From positions 75,208,001 to 75,272,000 of the forward strand of contig NC_045697.1 in NCBI RefSeq assembly GCF_009834535.1: DNA of 64,000 bases, read 5' to 3'. How positions within the stretch are numbered: the first letter of the stretch is position 1; each line of letters opens with the position of its first letter. Below the pieces are notes generated by a model that searched no databases, was not told the origin of the DNA, and worked only from the letters and a program-made list of their open reading frames with translations. The stretch is from Camelus ferus. Its lineage: Eukaryota. Of the stretch, positions 25,607 through 39,153 are shown in pieces. Made by a program: the position numbers and the translations under genes.

Positions 25607-26030
25607 AGTGGACCAGTTCTTACCAGAAGTCTCTGAACTTTGTTGGAAAAACATGACATCTTTATTTTCACTAACTTCTAACTCCATGTCCTTCAATTGT
25701 GAATGTACCTGATGGATCACAGTGGTGTTAGCAGTATCTGTGACTTTGTCAACAATAGAAATCATAGATCTCTTCATATCACATTACAGTTATTTCTAGA
25801 TCTCAAAATACTGTTTCCACTCATCACCATTTAAAAATTATGGTACCTATTAAACCTACAGCTAGGTCTTATTATTTAATATATAAATCAACACATATAT
25901 TATTACATCACAAATTTGGTTAATCATATTTCAATATAAATAGTGTTCCTTTTAGTTCTACTATTTTATTTAAACATTGTTCTGAAAAGGTTCCCCAATT
26001 TTCACCAAACTGCCAAAGGAGTCTTGTGTA
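25607..26030 (+). mobile_element. Charlie4a-like hAT DNA transposon remnant
   Basis: 'acatctttattttcactaacttctaact','tagcagtatctgtgactttgtcaacaatagaaatc','catatcacattacagtt','ttcaccaaactgccaaagg', colinear with the recalled Charlie4a consensus. Confidence 0.8.
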
Positions 26031-26256
26031 CTTGACCTACTGATTAAGTACACGGATGGATAGAGGGAGCTTTATTTACTCTCCTCTTTCTGATTCCCGG
26101 ACGAATGTACCAATATTCAGCAAAATGATTAAGCATGAACAACTGAAAGAAGAAAGGATAATTACCACAAGTACCAGCAGTTTAAATTAAGAGTATGAAC
26201 TGAATTGCCAGCAAGGGGCAGCTAAGAAAGCTAGAGATCAGTCAGCAACCTGGTGC

Positions 26257-26735
26257 TGTGATTGCTTGCTTTATGTTGTCAGCGTTGGCAGGCTAACGTA
26301 CTGAGTTATTTAATCAAACACTGACTTTTCTGGATGCTGTGTGCAGGTATGTTGTAGATTATGTGGTTAACACCTACAATCAGTTGACTTTAAGTAAGGG
26401 AGACTACCCTTGGTAACGTGGCAGGGCCTCATCCGATCAGTTGAAAGGCCTTAAGAGCAAAACCTGAGGTTTCCCAGAGAAGAAATTCTGCCAGAAAACT
26501 GCAAGGTTTCATGAGTTTCCAGCCCACAGATTTCTGACCTTCCAGTCCCACAATCATGTGAGTCAATTTCCTTTAAAATATAGATAGGTAGATAGGATAG
26601 ATTAAGTAGGTAGGTAGGTAGAGAGAAGCAGATATAGATATGCAGACATACAGATCTATATTCTACCTATATTTACAAATATATTATGGGTCTCTCTTAT
26701 TGGTTCTGTTTCTTTGGAAAACCCTGACTAAAACT
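26257..26735 (+). mobile_element. MLT2-type ERVL solo LTR containing a (TAGA/TAGG)n tract
   Basis: Starts tgtgat; 'aatcagttgactttaagtaa','gggcctcatccgatcagttgaaaggcctt','cacaatcatgtgagtcaatt'; ends 'tattggttctgtttctttggaaaaccctgacta'. Confidence 0.9.
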
Positions 26736-28135
26736 GTATCACTCAACCTACTTGATTTCAAATAGAATAAAAGTAAAAGAGGAACTTTTTTTCCTTCCAC
26801 ATTTTTCTTATATTTAAGTCCTATTTCCTTTATGTCTTATAAATTTTGTTTCTTGACATTTAAATACCACTAAGGAAGCAATTTTCAAAACAAAATAGAA
26901 CTATACCTTCATTTTGTCAATATCCAGATAATTAAAACTTCTTTCTTATTTCTTGGAATAGCTAATATCAGCCATTGTGTCAAAACTTCGGCGACATAAC
27001 TTTTTGTGAGCCTAATGAGTTATTTCTAAGTTTGACAGGAATAGGTTTCCCAAGAATGTCAAAGTCAAGAGTTATATAGGTCTTCTCAATTAGAAAGCAA
27101 TAAAAACTGTTTGGAGCATCTCACCAAAAATAAAATCTAATACATGTAACCTACTTGACTTGTTTTTAATTGTTTATATAATTCTTTCCATTCTCTTTCA
27201 AAAAATATTTATACCACAGAGAAGTTGTTGAAGTCCAGTGAAGAATCCAGTGATAAATACAGTAATTTAGGATTTAAAATAATTTTGGAAAATGTAAAGG
27301 CTTTTAAGTGCATAGTTTCAAATGAACTTAGGTTTAGATGTTTGTAATAAGTCATAGATAATTTATACTGTAAGGTTGTTGGAATTATGAGATAAAGACC
27401 AAGCAGTAATTTAACACAATAAATTGCCAACAAAAAAAAACCTGGCTATCATACTGTCTCTAGTAAAAGTTGCCTTTTGTGACATAATATCAGACTCTGA
27501 GTTTAAAGAAAAGCATGCAATCCATTCATTTTTATCACACACTTTTCACACAATGGAATTTATATGGAAATATACATTATAGGCCAAAATTTATATAGCA
27601 TTACTCTCAACTCCAGTCACAAATTCTGCAACTGAGTACCAACTTAATTAATTTCCTGGGAGGGTATTCTCATTAGTAGCTAACTCTCCACCCCTTCTAA
27701 ATTTTCAACCATTCCAATTTTCCCAAGAATGTATGTGTGTTTTTTATTTAAATCTCATCTGTTAACGGAAGTAAATGAAATGTCTTGACCATTGTTCACA
27801 AATAGTCCTGTTTGAAAAAGCATATTGTAAGCCTCTGCGTTCTTTCTTTAAACAATATGCATTTTAATGAAGAGCCTGGAAGTCATAATTCTCCGGAGGC
27901 TGTCTCAGAACTACCAGGCTTTTCAGCTGCAGGTTTCCGGTTAATAACAGATTTCAAGTAGAAGAAATGTCACAATAAGATACTGTCTTCAAAGAATTAT
28001 CTTCATTTCATTAGTGTAGTCTATTTGTATATTAGAAAAGTACACTTTTTTTTTTAATTGTAAAGGAGGACTGCTTTATGGAAGCTTTACAATAACTGAT
28101 AAGGACAAGAATTGATGACAATGAATTTTCTCAGT

Positions 28136-28490
28136 GGATTCATTCATTTATTCAATCACTCATTCATTCAAATAATAAATATTGGGCCCTTATCAGGGAC
28201 TGTGGGAGGCGCTGGCTTCAGTGGTGGACAGTGTTTGCTCTCATGGAGCTGGCTGCTTGATGGAGTAGAGATTAACCAATTACTAGGATCAACTTAGATA
28301 AATGAATGCGGCAAGGTGTGGCAGGACACAGCAAAAGAACCTCATCCAGAGAAAGCTTTTCCAAACAAGTGACATTTGAGCTGAGATCTGAAGGGTACCC
28401 AGGAGTTATCTAGTTGAAGGGAGAACCAGGCTGAAGAAAAGTTCCAGAAAGTGGAAACGGTTTGTGTGAAATCCCTGTTGCAGGAGATTT
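28136..28490 (-). mobile_element. L2 3' region
   Basis: (cattcatt)n start, 'tgctctcatggagct','aagtgacatttgagctgagatctgaagg'. Confidence 0.8.
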
Positions 28491-29481
28491 TGTTACATAC
28501 CTTGAACACAATGCTTGGCACTTAATAAAGTTGATAAATACATGTTGAAAGAAAGAAGAAATAGAAGGAGGAGGGAGGAAAGAGAGGGAAGGAAACCTCA
28601 GAGAGAGAGACATAGTGGAGGTACAAGATTTGGAGATACCTAAGTCAAATAGAGCCCCCATCCATGGCTGAGGCGCCTCAACTTTTTCTGGACTCATTTT
28701 GGTTGCTTTTGTCATTTTTACAGATGGGGATTAACAAAGCCTTAACAGTTAAGCAACTTGCTTAAAGTGACCCAACCATATCAGCTCTTCCTCTAGCACA
28801 GTAGTGTGTGTGCATGCACACACACACACAAATCATTTTCTTTTCTCTCTCCACTGAGGAGGTCTTGATTGTGATTAAGATTTAAAGCAGGTGTCTACAT
28901 GATGGGACGTTGCTTCATAGTCTTAACATTATTGCAAATATTACATTTACTTTTAATTAAAGTTGCTGTGAAACACAGCGTGCCCAAGAGACAGTGGAAA
29001 TACGTGTAATGCATAAAATGGGCTGCATAGTGAGATCACTGAGTCTTCATTTTCCATATGGCTTTTGGGGCAGTTTGGCTTTGAATGTGTTGGCAAGATT
29101 CCTGAGCTCTTGTCACACATGGGGTTTACAGAAAATTGAAGAGCTGGCTCTGGTTGTAGTTCCTTCAGGTTAAGAGGAAAGGAGTTAGTATTATAGACTC
29201 CCCCACCGAAGAGAAGATAAAAAGACACTCCCTCAAGATATACGGTCCTATTCTTCCTCCCTTTCGCACATTGCCAATGTGAATTTCGCAGAAGCGTGAC
29301 TGGTCAACTTAGAGATACTCCCAGAGTAAAACAGAAGTACTCAAGAAGAAATTTTAGCCTTTGACCTAAAACAAATCCCAGTTCCTTTCTGGAATTAGGT
29401 TGAGTGCTAGGTTCCTGGAGGATAAGGCTGATTTATGCTTTTTGTTCTTCTTTTTTCTTAAGTTAAGAAATCAATTACCAC

Positions 29482-29954
29482 TGTGAACGAAAACCATTTC
29501 AGTAAACAAAGAATGCTGAAGCCATCAAGTCATCAGCGGCTGCCACCACCCCCAGTGAAGACAAGCCTGCAGCCCAGCCTCTGCAGCCACTCACAAGGGT
29601 GCACTCTGAGGGGACTCAGAATAAGAAAGGACAGGATACTGGCCCTAGATAGCTAGATGCTCGTCAAAGGAATGAATTCAAAGAGCCCAAATGTTTCCTT
29701 CCTCCCGTTTATAGAAAAGTGCTAAATTCTTTAACTTGAGATGTCTGGTTTTCTTTAGATAACAGGTAATCTTTTAATGTTCCAACTACCTGGTCTGTAT
29801 TGTAAAGCTCCTATATATCCTAGCTCCTCTCCTACCTCTTCGCAATCCCCCAGAGCAATCTGAGAGGCTGTCATCCTGGGCTGGGTCCTCAGAATGGTCC
29901 ACCGAGTAAAACGTTACTCTCAACTTTTAGGCTGTGCATTTATTTCAGTCAACA
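29482..29954 (+). mobile_element. ERV1-class solo LTR (cetartiodactyl family)
   Basis: TG...CA ends with short inverted termini (tgtgaacgaaa / tttcagtcaaca); 4-bp TSD ccac/tcac with one mismatch; TATA-like tatata at about 29812; agtaaa signal at about 29905; tail 'ctctcaacttttaggctgtgcattt'. Confidence 0.8.
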
Positions 29955-30861
29955 TCACAAAGAAGCAGTTTCATGATCTTTGCTGAAAACTGAAGCCTGG
30001 CTTCCCTCACTTTGCCTTTGCTCAAACCATTAGGCTCCGGTTTGGGATGCCTCTTCCCCACCTTATCTCCCAGAGCCATCCCACATGCTCCCACTTCTCC
30101 TTCTCCAGGACAGTTTTCCTGGGCTCCCCTGCTTCCAGGACCTACTCTCTCCGTAGTGCTAAGGCCTCTTCTGTCCCTCATCTATCTGCTCCCATGTTTC
30201 CTAGCTCTCTCCCCAGATATACAACCCCCTGCTGACTCCAGAATTACAACCCCCAAAAAGCTTTATTCTGAAAATCAATTACATAACTTGGACCAATTGT
30301 AATGTTTAAATGGGGGATGGGACAGAGGGTGGGGTAGGGAGGGGAGGACAGTTTAAAAAAAAAAAGAGGGATGTATTTCCCTTCTGATATACTCTCAATC
30401 TTTCTGGGGACTTTTGGTCCCTGGCAATAGAAATTTTGAAAGTTTTTGATGAAGTTTGAGTGCTTGCTTTAAGTGTGAGATACAGTCTATCACTTTCTGA
30501 ACTAAAGAATATAGGAGAGAGAAAAAAACTTGGAACTTACTGGTGGTAGTAAAGGAAAAGGCCAACCAAAGGAAGACACAGAGTCCTCAAGAGCACAGAA
30601 GTACCCCCAGGAGTTTAAACTGGTCAGAAATCCCCTCCACCCACATCATTCCAATCTTCCTCTCAAATCCACTATGTGGAACCCCCACCCCAGAGGCATA
30701 AGACCTGGAGAACTTCCTATTTCTACTCCAGAGCTGGACACAGAAGGAAGGAGGGAGATGCCTAACATGGTGTCAGGGATATTGAGTTGGACAGAACTTT
30801 ATGAAAACCCAACCGCTGTCATTTTTTCCTCAGAGCACGTGTTTTTGAGTTTGGGTCACAC

Positions 30862-31265
30862 TTAAGCGTGCTTGAGCCGGGTGGCTGGGGTTTGAATCCC
30901 AGTTCTAACCACTTTTGAGATGCATGACCTTCAACAGTGTATTTAACTTCAATTTTCATATTATGAAATAGGGACAGTATTGCTACCTACTTCATAGGGC
31001 TATTGTGAGGACTGAGTGAGTTAATCATGTAGAGAAATGAGAACATTGTCTGGCACTATATGGGACTGTTAAGAGTATAAATAAACATTTTAGAAGCTGT
31101 ATGAATACTACAGGCATGCAACTGTAGTCCGTTTAGAAAAGAGTAATAGTCATCTATTTTTGCCATTATCATTGTAAATATCCGGTGAGACAATGTATGT
31201 AAGATTCTTAGAAAAGTGCTTGGCACAGAGCAAGTACTCAACAGTAGCTGTTACTATCACCATTC
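30862..31265 (+). mobile_element. MIR SINE (30862-31056) plus a second MIR 3' half (about 31185-31265)
   Basis: 'gggtttgaatcccagttctaaccactt','tacctacttcatagggctattgtgaggact'; then 'tgagacaatgtatgtaag..ttagaaaagtgcttggcacagagcaagtactcaa'. Confidence 0.8.
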
Positions 31266-33714
31266 CTATCATCATCATCAGCGGCGGCATGGATTATCAT
31301 CACAGCTCCACCTCCTTTACCCATGGCACCCATCAAGAGTATCTCAACTGGCAGTCCCTCTTGCTATTATAGAACCAAATGACTGACTCAACAAATATTC
31401 ACTGCTTTTGGTCAAAACTCAAGCTTATTTTTATTGCTCTGGTCTAGTTTTTCAACTGCTGTATCTGCAGAGGGCCTAATGAACCCACAGAATGTTAGGA
31501 CTGGCAAAACTGGCAATGCTGATCATCATCAGAAAAATCTTTCAATTCAGACGGAGCAGTTCCAAAATTGCAAGCCAACTCCAAATACCACATGGCTACC
31601 TTGTACCTAAGGCAGGAGAAACTGGTGGCCACAATTTACATCGGACAGTGTTTCTGCTATAAAATCTTGCTGTAAAATGCAATGGACCTCTCCTTTGAGA
31701 AGGACCAGAAAGGTAAAATTTCTGAAATGTTTACCCAACTATTTGGAAACAGAAGAAAAAAAAAAGAATCAAATAACTGTTGTTATATTTCAAACTTTTA
31801 AAATACCCAATTAGGTTTTGTTTTGTTTTGCTTTGCTTTACAGAAGTAAACATTTGTTTGGGTGGCCATTTTAGAATCTGTTCTAGCACTGACTTTTGTC
31901 ACAGCGTGCAAACATTTTCTGGCTTTGTGTTTTCTCTGAGTAAACATACAGAGAATGTGATTTTCCATATGTACCCTGTCATTTGCATTGCTTTGGGGGA
32001 TTTGATTAGTTTGAGATACACAAGATCCCTGAGCCAGGATAAACCCCGCCACTAACTTTCTAAGTGATATTGAGCTATTCCCTCTAGACATGCAAATTCT
32101 TTGTATTACAGGTTTATCTCTTCAAAAGAAAGAAAACATGATGTTTCTCCTCGTGCTTTCTATATTACTAAAGCAATAGTAGCTGTAAATTCAATTTAAT
32201 ATATTTCAAAAATAATTATTAAATAACTTATATCTGTACTTGGCTTAGTGCTGCAGGAGCCAAGGACCAGAAGATGAGTGGTGCAAACTGATGAGACAGA
32301 GCAGAGAAACCCCTGCTCTCAAGATCATTAAAACCAAAGACATGTACTGTACACAACTACCTATAATGTAGGCCAGACCACATAAATGGTAAGCAATGCT
32401 TTAAAGTCTTCTGAAAAATAATGCCTTAACAAAATCGTCTTAAATCCAGAGTATGAACGATGCTGTTACTGCTTATTTCTACTGTCTTCTGTCTATTTTA
32501 TGGCGTGCTTTGATCCATTCTTTGCATTCTTGTCTGAAAGTAATATTCTTGATATGTTTAATAAAGGGACCCCCTCCTTTGTTCCTAAATGCCTTGGCTC
32601 CTGATCAACAAAAGCCATTGAAAGACTTAATCCTCTAAGCTTGGCACCACATCAGTCTGGAAGTAGTTTACATGCAGAGTCCTTTGGAGTAAATACTCAT
32701 TAGAGGTTCCGTTGGCTTATTTGGTCACCCACATTTTGCAGTGGGTGGCCCGGTTGGTATCCTCATTATTTTATTTTCCACCCCTGAAAATAGTCCAGAC
32801 GTAGCAACCTGACACAATTTCCTTTGATGTTCTAAACCCATTGTAATGGAGCACCCACTCATTGGTGACGCTAGCATAGGTCTAGAGGAGCAGGGGTTCC
32901 AGGCTGGAGATGCTGTGAGAAATTTTATTGCTGATAGACCTTTTTCAAGGCAACCCCTGAAATGCACTACGAGTATTTCAAGGCTAGTTCACTAGTAATT
33001 TCTCACACCTGAGGACCTGGAGAATTGTGTCACCCTCCTTCCTCTGCCACCTCTATTTCTTCATGTCTGCCCCACCCCCACACCCCATCTTTACATAAAT
33101 GAACAAACCAGATCATAGAAGCAACATTTATCAAGGTTAGTCACAAATTACAGAGCCAAACTCTTGCTTTTTCACTAACTACCTAGAGCTTGATTTGTAC
33201 TTGGATCAGAAAAACAGTCTCTCTACGCTGTCATCTTCCTGGGTTTAGCAATGAAAATTCTCAAGGAAAAACAGAATCAGTGAATGTTTCTTGGCTACCT
33301 ATTAAGTACAGAGCAAACGTTAAAATACAAGGAAGGTAAATGTCTTCTTGCCAAGCTTGCATTCTTGTAATAAGGCCAATATAAGGAAGTTGGTACTTTT
33401 ACCTCATGATTATTATAAGCACCTGCCAAATGCTTATAATAATATCTACCAGATAGGGTATTTATTAACGTATGGGTTAAAATCATAACATATATAAAGT
33501 TCGAACAGTTGCTGGCTTTTTCTTACAGGTACCAGTATCTGAGAAGCTATCACATTCTTCCTGTGTGAATTAGCATCAATTTCCAGTAGAAAAATATTCA
33601 AAGTTTTTACTTTGAGAATTTATAAAACTCAAAGAGTCTTTTCTAATTTCCCCTTGGATGATAGGAAATGGTGAAGAGATTTGGGATTGGAAGAGAGTGT
33701 ATCTAATAGATAGT

Positions 33715-33900
33715 GGGCATTATATTGTATATTTGCATCCATTATCTCATTTAATACTGAAAATGATCATATAAGGTACATACATAAAATTCTGTCTGTT
33801 CTGCAGAAAACTAAAACATTGGCCAACAAAAATTAATACAGAGCCACAGGATTTGAAGGCAAGTTCGTCTGGCTCAAAAACTCACATTTTCCCCCATTTC
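33715..33900 (-). mobile_element. MIR SINE (diverged)
   Basis: 'cattatctcatttaat','cagagccacaggatttgaaggcaagttcgtctggctcaaaa'. Confidence 0.6.
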
Positions 33901-35799
33901 TTGAGTTCTGATTAGATTACTTAATACCGTTTTTCAAAGACAGGAAGAGGGTAGGAAGCATCCTGTCATATTGTGCAAAGTCATCGAGTATCTTGGATTT
34001 TAACTGCTGCTAAGATTTAATAACTGTGGAAAAAACGACCAGCAAGGTAGCCTCCTGTGTGCCATAAATAGGACACTCCATGGTAAATTACATGCTCGTG
34101 ACTTATCCTAGGAGGAGCTCCACATCACTGTTAGACGGTGTTGCTGACCACAACCACGAGGGCTTGCACATGCTCAGGATCTGCTCTGCTAAGTGTGTAA
34201 CACACTCAGCGGATGCTGTGTTATTCTCAGACTTACTACTGACTTACTCAAATTCGCTGCACTCATGCACAGATGCAGTTTCTGTCTTTTCTCATCACAG
34301 TAGCCAGGTGTTGGTTTATTTGTTAAACCTGGACATTTAACCACATAAGACTTATATAAATGGTCAAGGAGATTCATAAGGGGACAATCATAAAACTAGT
34401 CACTTTACTACCATAAGTCTTAAATTATTCATAATTATTCATCCACAAACCTACACATAAAATTCCATTTTGGCATATGCATTACAGTTTCTGCTACACC
34501 AGTCTGTATCACAGAATCTTTATTTTTCCATGTAGGATGCTGTAAGAGCTCTGGAATAAAGTTTTAATTTTAACAAGACAATTGCTGGGTAGCTGTACAT
34601 GTTTATTTTGTTTCACTATCATTGTGATTTGAAACTCATGTATATATCTATCCATATGTTATCAAAAAATTAGCTTAAATGTTTAGGCTCAAACCTTTTA
34701 AACTTAAACTTCTTGATGATTCTGCATTTTATATGCTGACTACTATATCATGTATCATGTCTGCTTAAATATAAAATGAAGCCAGTGGAATTTATGTAAT
34801 TGGACTTTTATTCAGCATTACACACAAAATTCTATGAATTTTGGGTTTGTTTTATATATATTTTTTGATACAAGTAACATGACTTTTCTATTCTGAATGA
34901 CTTACTGTGATCAAATAGGATAATTACATGCTAAATTATTTGCAAATAAGTTCATAAAACATTTATTTATCAACAAGTGTCTTACTCAGATTCTATGTGT
35001 ACAAATAAATGCACCGTGGTATTGCTGCTATGCTCAGTAATGCTCTGAGAGCAACCAGGTGCTACATGCCGGGCACGTGGAAGATGTAAGACACGTGGGG
35101 GTAATCTAAGCCACTATGAAGTTCGTTATCTCATAACACTAAATTAGGGCTCCGCCAATTTTAAAAATTCACATACGTGGTTTCATTTTATCCTTATCAC
35201 AAGATGCAGTAAACATTATTATTAAAGTGACATGAGCAAGGGTTCAATGCAGGTCAGGACTCTTAACTCGCGAACATGCTGCCCAATTGAGAAGACAATG
35301 GGGTAGAAAGGATCTGCTGGTAATTTTGCTGATGCAGCATATAACAGCTTAGGAATTATTTCAGGTGTTGACTGACTGCTCTTAGTAGAGGCCCAGCCAA
35401 TACTGGAAAAATGGATGCAATCAGAGTAAAGCAAAATGGTGCCCTGTGGATTCATAACGGAACGGTCTGAATTTTTTTTTTTTAAGTGAACTGAATTAGC
35501 AAATTACTGTAATTTCATGTTGCCACATTATGCAAATATTTCTAGCCTTTAATTGGGAAAATAGAAATTTCTCTTAGAAAACCATTTTACCCGTTCCTCA
35601 CTTGGAAAACTTAAAAAGCTATCACAGGAATGAAAACATTCTTCCATCTGATCCAAAGCCTGAACCTTTGAGTTCTTTTAGAAGCTGTTGCGAGCATAGG
35701 GTCTAGGTATAAATAAGCATCTTTCCACGAGCATCCAAAATGCATTCCCATGCGTTTGTTCCCCTGCTATTTGGATCTCCTACTTTTTAAACTGTGATG

Positions 35800-36215
35800 T
35801 CAGACTGGTCTTTCTATCATTATTGACCCAGAGGAGTCATGTTCTCTCTCCATGCTGAGCCTTTCTTAGGGCCTTCACTTCATTGTCCTTTGCCTCCTCC
35901 ATGGTCTTTGATTATTTGAAACCCTGTCTCCTCTTTAAGGTTGGTTGCAAAGCCCATCTTTATGATGTTGCTCAGTGATGCATTTCCATGATTATTCCTA
36001 AGGCAAGGGACTTTTCTCCTCACTGGCCTATTTTTGGTTTTTCACCTTTTTTATTATTTATTCTCTTTATATGACATATCTTTAAATATTTGTGTGTTTA
36101 TGTATATTCGTATCTTTTCAGCTAAATTATAAAATCTTGGAAATCAAAATTTATGCAATTCTTTTCTTTAGGAATAGAGCAGCAACTAGGACTGTTGTTA
36201 TACTCAGTAAATATG
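35800..36215 (+). mobile_element. Diverged L2 3' region
   Basis: 'ctgtctcctctttaaggtt..aaagcccatc','gctaaattataaaatcttggaaatcaaaa','tactcagtaaatat'. Confidence 0.45.
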
Positions 36216-37097
36216 GGGCCAGTCAACACAATGTCATCACTGAATTCAGCACTAACATAACTCCAGTGACACATTCTGTAATTCTATTATAATTAACACA
36301 ACTAATATTCGAAGATTTGGAGTATTTCAATGTATGATGCTGATCAAACTTCATGAAATGGCATTTATCCTCATCTGTGATTATTTCATTTAATTACTTA
36401 TTTTCTTCCTCCTTCACTAAAAAAAAAAAACCTCTGTGAAAGCAAAGACCTGTTTACTCAGTGCAACATATTACTCCCAGGTATTTATTAACTATTTGTA
36501 GAAGGACAAGGGAGGGAGGGAGGGAGGGAAGAAGGAATGGATGGGACCTGTTTGCATAAGTGACTGCTCTCATCACTTTTCCTAACTAGAAAATCACTTG
36601 TGCTTCCTGAGTTCCTGGTGCTCCTAATACGAAGAGAGCAGAAATAAACCCCCATGAACTGAGGCTGCTGACACTGAGTATGTCAGTACATAGTACAACA
36701 AAGAGGACTGAAATGTTTTACCTGTCTCCACCTCTTCCGCTTATTAATTAACATGACAATTATGAAAGTACAAAGATGCCGATTTAGCTGTTTTGTAAAT
36801 ACATAAGAAAATATAAATTTGTGCCTTCCACAGATGTGTTAATCATCAAACCTCATAGTGCAAAGGTGCTGAAACCTCTGTTTACAGGAAGAAAACCAGC
36901 CATGGTAAAGACGCTGGACATTATGTAAAAGAGCAGCAGAAGAGAAAGGAGAAGGGAAGGAGTGAGGGAAGGAGGAAGAAAGAGGTATTATTTTAGGGTA
37001 ATTAAAAAAAATTGATGGAGCAAGGATAGTCTTTCCAACAAGTGGTGCAAAAGCAACTGGATATCCATAGGGAAAATAATAATAATCTGGACCTAAA

Positions 37098-37242
37098 CCT
37101 TTTTTTTTTTTTTGAGCTTCTAGAGTATATATATATATATATATATATATTTTTCCCCTTAACAGAGGCACTGGGGTTTGAACCCAGGACCTTGTGCATG
37201 CCAAGCATGTGCTCTGCCACTGAGCTACACCCCCTAGCCCCC
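37098..37242 (-). mobile_element. tRNA-derived SINE of camelid vic-1 type
   Basis: Reverse strand: gggggtgTAGCTCAGTGGcagagcacatgcttggcatgcacaaggtcctgGGTTCAAACCCcagtgcctc (Pol III A and B boxes), then (TA)n and poly(A). TSD ggacctaaa at 37089-37097 and 37243-37251. Confidence 0.9.
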
Positions 37243-37967
37243 GGACCTAAATTTTACACCTTATACAAAAATTCACTCAAAATGAATCATACATTTAAAT
37301 GTAAAACTATAAAATTTGGAGGGAAAAAAAGTAGTAGAAGACTTGGGGATTTAGGACTAGGCAAAGAGTTCTTAGACCTGACACCAAAACATAATCCATA
37401 CACACACAAAAAAACGATAAATTGGACCTCATCAAAATTTAAAACGTTTGCTCCATGAAAGACACTGTTAAAAGACAGGTGACAGAGTAGGAGAAAATAC
37501 TTGCAAACTACATCTCTGACAAAGGTCTAGTATGTAGAACATATAAAGAACTCTAAAAAGTCAACAGTCAAAAAGCAAACAATCCAGTTATAAAGTAGGC
37601 AGAAGACATGAAGAGACATTTCACTGAAGATATACAGATTAGCAAAATGCATCTGAAAAGATGTTCAACATTATTGATTATTAGGGAAATGCAAATTAGA
37701 ACCACAATGCAGTATCAGTACACCTATCAGTATGGTTAAAAATTTTTGAAAAATTAGTGACAACATCAAATTTTGGTAAGGGTGCAGACAACCTGGATTG
37801 AACATTGGTGATGCAAATTAAAATGCATAGTACTCTGGAAAACAATTTGTCATTTTCTTGAAAAACAAAAATGTTACTGTCATACAACCCAGCCATTGCA
37901 TTCCTGGACTTTTATCCCAGAGAAATTTAAGGCTTCTATTCATACAAAAACCTATGCACAAAGGCTT

Positions 37968-37985
37968 ATACATACATATATATAC

Positions 37986-38036
<51 letters not shown>
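37968..38036. repeat. (TA)n/(TACA)n microsatellite
   Basis: Read directly; sits where the poly(A) tail of the adjacent antisense L1 should be. Confidence 0.95.
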
Positions 38037-38039
<3 letters not shown>

Positions 38040-38513
38040 GTGCTAAAATATACATAAACATTAATTTTACCATTTTTAATGTACAACTCAGTGGCATTAA
38101 ATACATTCACAATATTGTGCAACCATCACGACCATCCATCTCCAAAACTTCATCATCCCAGACAGAAATTTCAGACTCAGTAAATAATAACTTCCCATTT
38201 CCATCTCTCCTTCAGCCCCTGGTAACCTCTATTCTACTTTCTGTCTCTGTGAATTTGCTTAGTCTAGGTAATTCAGGTAAGTGGAATCACACACCTTTTG
38301 TGTCTGGCTTATTTCACTTAGCATAATGTTTTCAAGGTTCACCCATGTTGTAGTATGTATAGTATTTCATTTCTTTTTAAGGCTGAATAATATTCTATGC
38401 CAATGTATATACCATGTTTTGTTTATCCATTTATCAGTGAAAGTACATTTGGGTTGTTTCTACCTTTTAGTTATTGCGAATAATGCTGCTATGCACATTG
38501 ACATGCAAGCATC
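38037..38513 (-). mobile_element. L1MB-like 3' end inserted antisense into the L1MC element
   Basis: 'gtacaactcagtggcattaaatacattcacaatattgtgcaaccatcac','cagcccctggtaacctctattctactttctgtctct','ctggcttatttcacttagcataatgttttcaaggttca'. The host L1 resumes at 'agcagatttatt..aaaactggaaacaa'. Confidence 0.9.
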
Positions 38514-39012
38514 TAGAGCAGATTTATTAACAGACAAAAACTGGAAACAAACCAGATGTCTGTTAATAGGTGAACAGTAAAACAAACTGGCATATCCATA
38601 CCATGGAATACTACTTAGCAATTAAAAAAAAAAAAAAAAAAAGAATGAACTGAACTACTGATACATTCAACAACCTGAATGAAGTTCCAGAGAATTATGC
38701 TGGGTGAGAAAAGCCAGTCTCAAAGATTATATCCTGTGTGATTCCATTTATGATATATTCTTGAAATGACAGAATGAGGGCTAGAGAGAAGTGGATGTGA
38801 TGTAAAAGGCAACGTATTAGATCCCTGTGGAACGGAAGTGTTCTACACCTTGACCTGTACCAATGTCAAAGTCCTGGTTGTGATCCTGCACTATAGTTTT
38901 GCAAGACACTACCACTGGGGGAAGCTGGACAAAGGGTACAGCAAATCCCTCTGTTATTTATTCCAGCTGCTTGTGAATCTATAATTATCATGAAACAAAA
39001 CATCTAACTAAA

Positions 39013-39077
39013 GAAAGGAAGGGAGAAAGCGGGAGAGGGAGGGAGGCAGGGAGGGAGAGAAGGAGGAAGGAAAGGAA
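39013..39077. repeat. Polypurine (GGA/GAA-rich) low-complexity tract
   Basis: gaaaggaagggagaaagcgggagaggggagggaggcagggagggagagaaggaggaaggaaaggaa. Confidence 0.8.
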
Positions 39078-39153
39078 TCGCACTCATACACAATATGGCA
39101 TCAACCTGAGTCTTTGATCACAGCTCAGTTTAGATCCCAGCAACAGTGGATCA

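Larger units (their letters stand above)
36995..39012 (+). mobile_element. L1MC1-like element (ORF2 end plus 3' UTR) interrupted by two later insertions
   Basis: 'ggatagtctttccaacaagtggtgc..caactggatatccata','aggcaaagagttcttaga','ccatggaatactacttagcaat'; 3' UTR 'tcctggttgtgatcctgcactatagttttgcaaga..accactgggggaagctgg..tgtgaatctataattatc'. Confidence 0.85.

Noticed and set aside
37165..37240. tRNA gene
   Set aside because: A and B boxes are present, but it has a (TA)n/poly(A) tail and TSD and sits inside an L1, so it is a SINE.
37042..37458. 138-aa ORF
   Set aside because: Reads through decayed L1 ORF2, an antisense SINE and microsatellite; an artefact of repeats.
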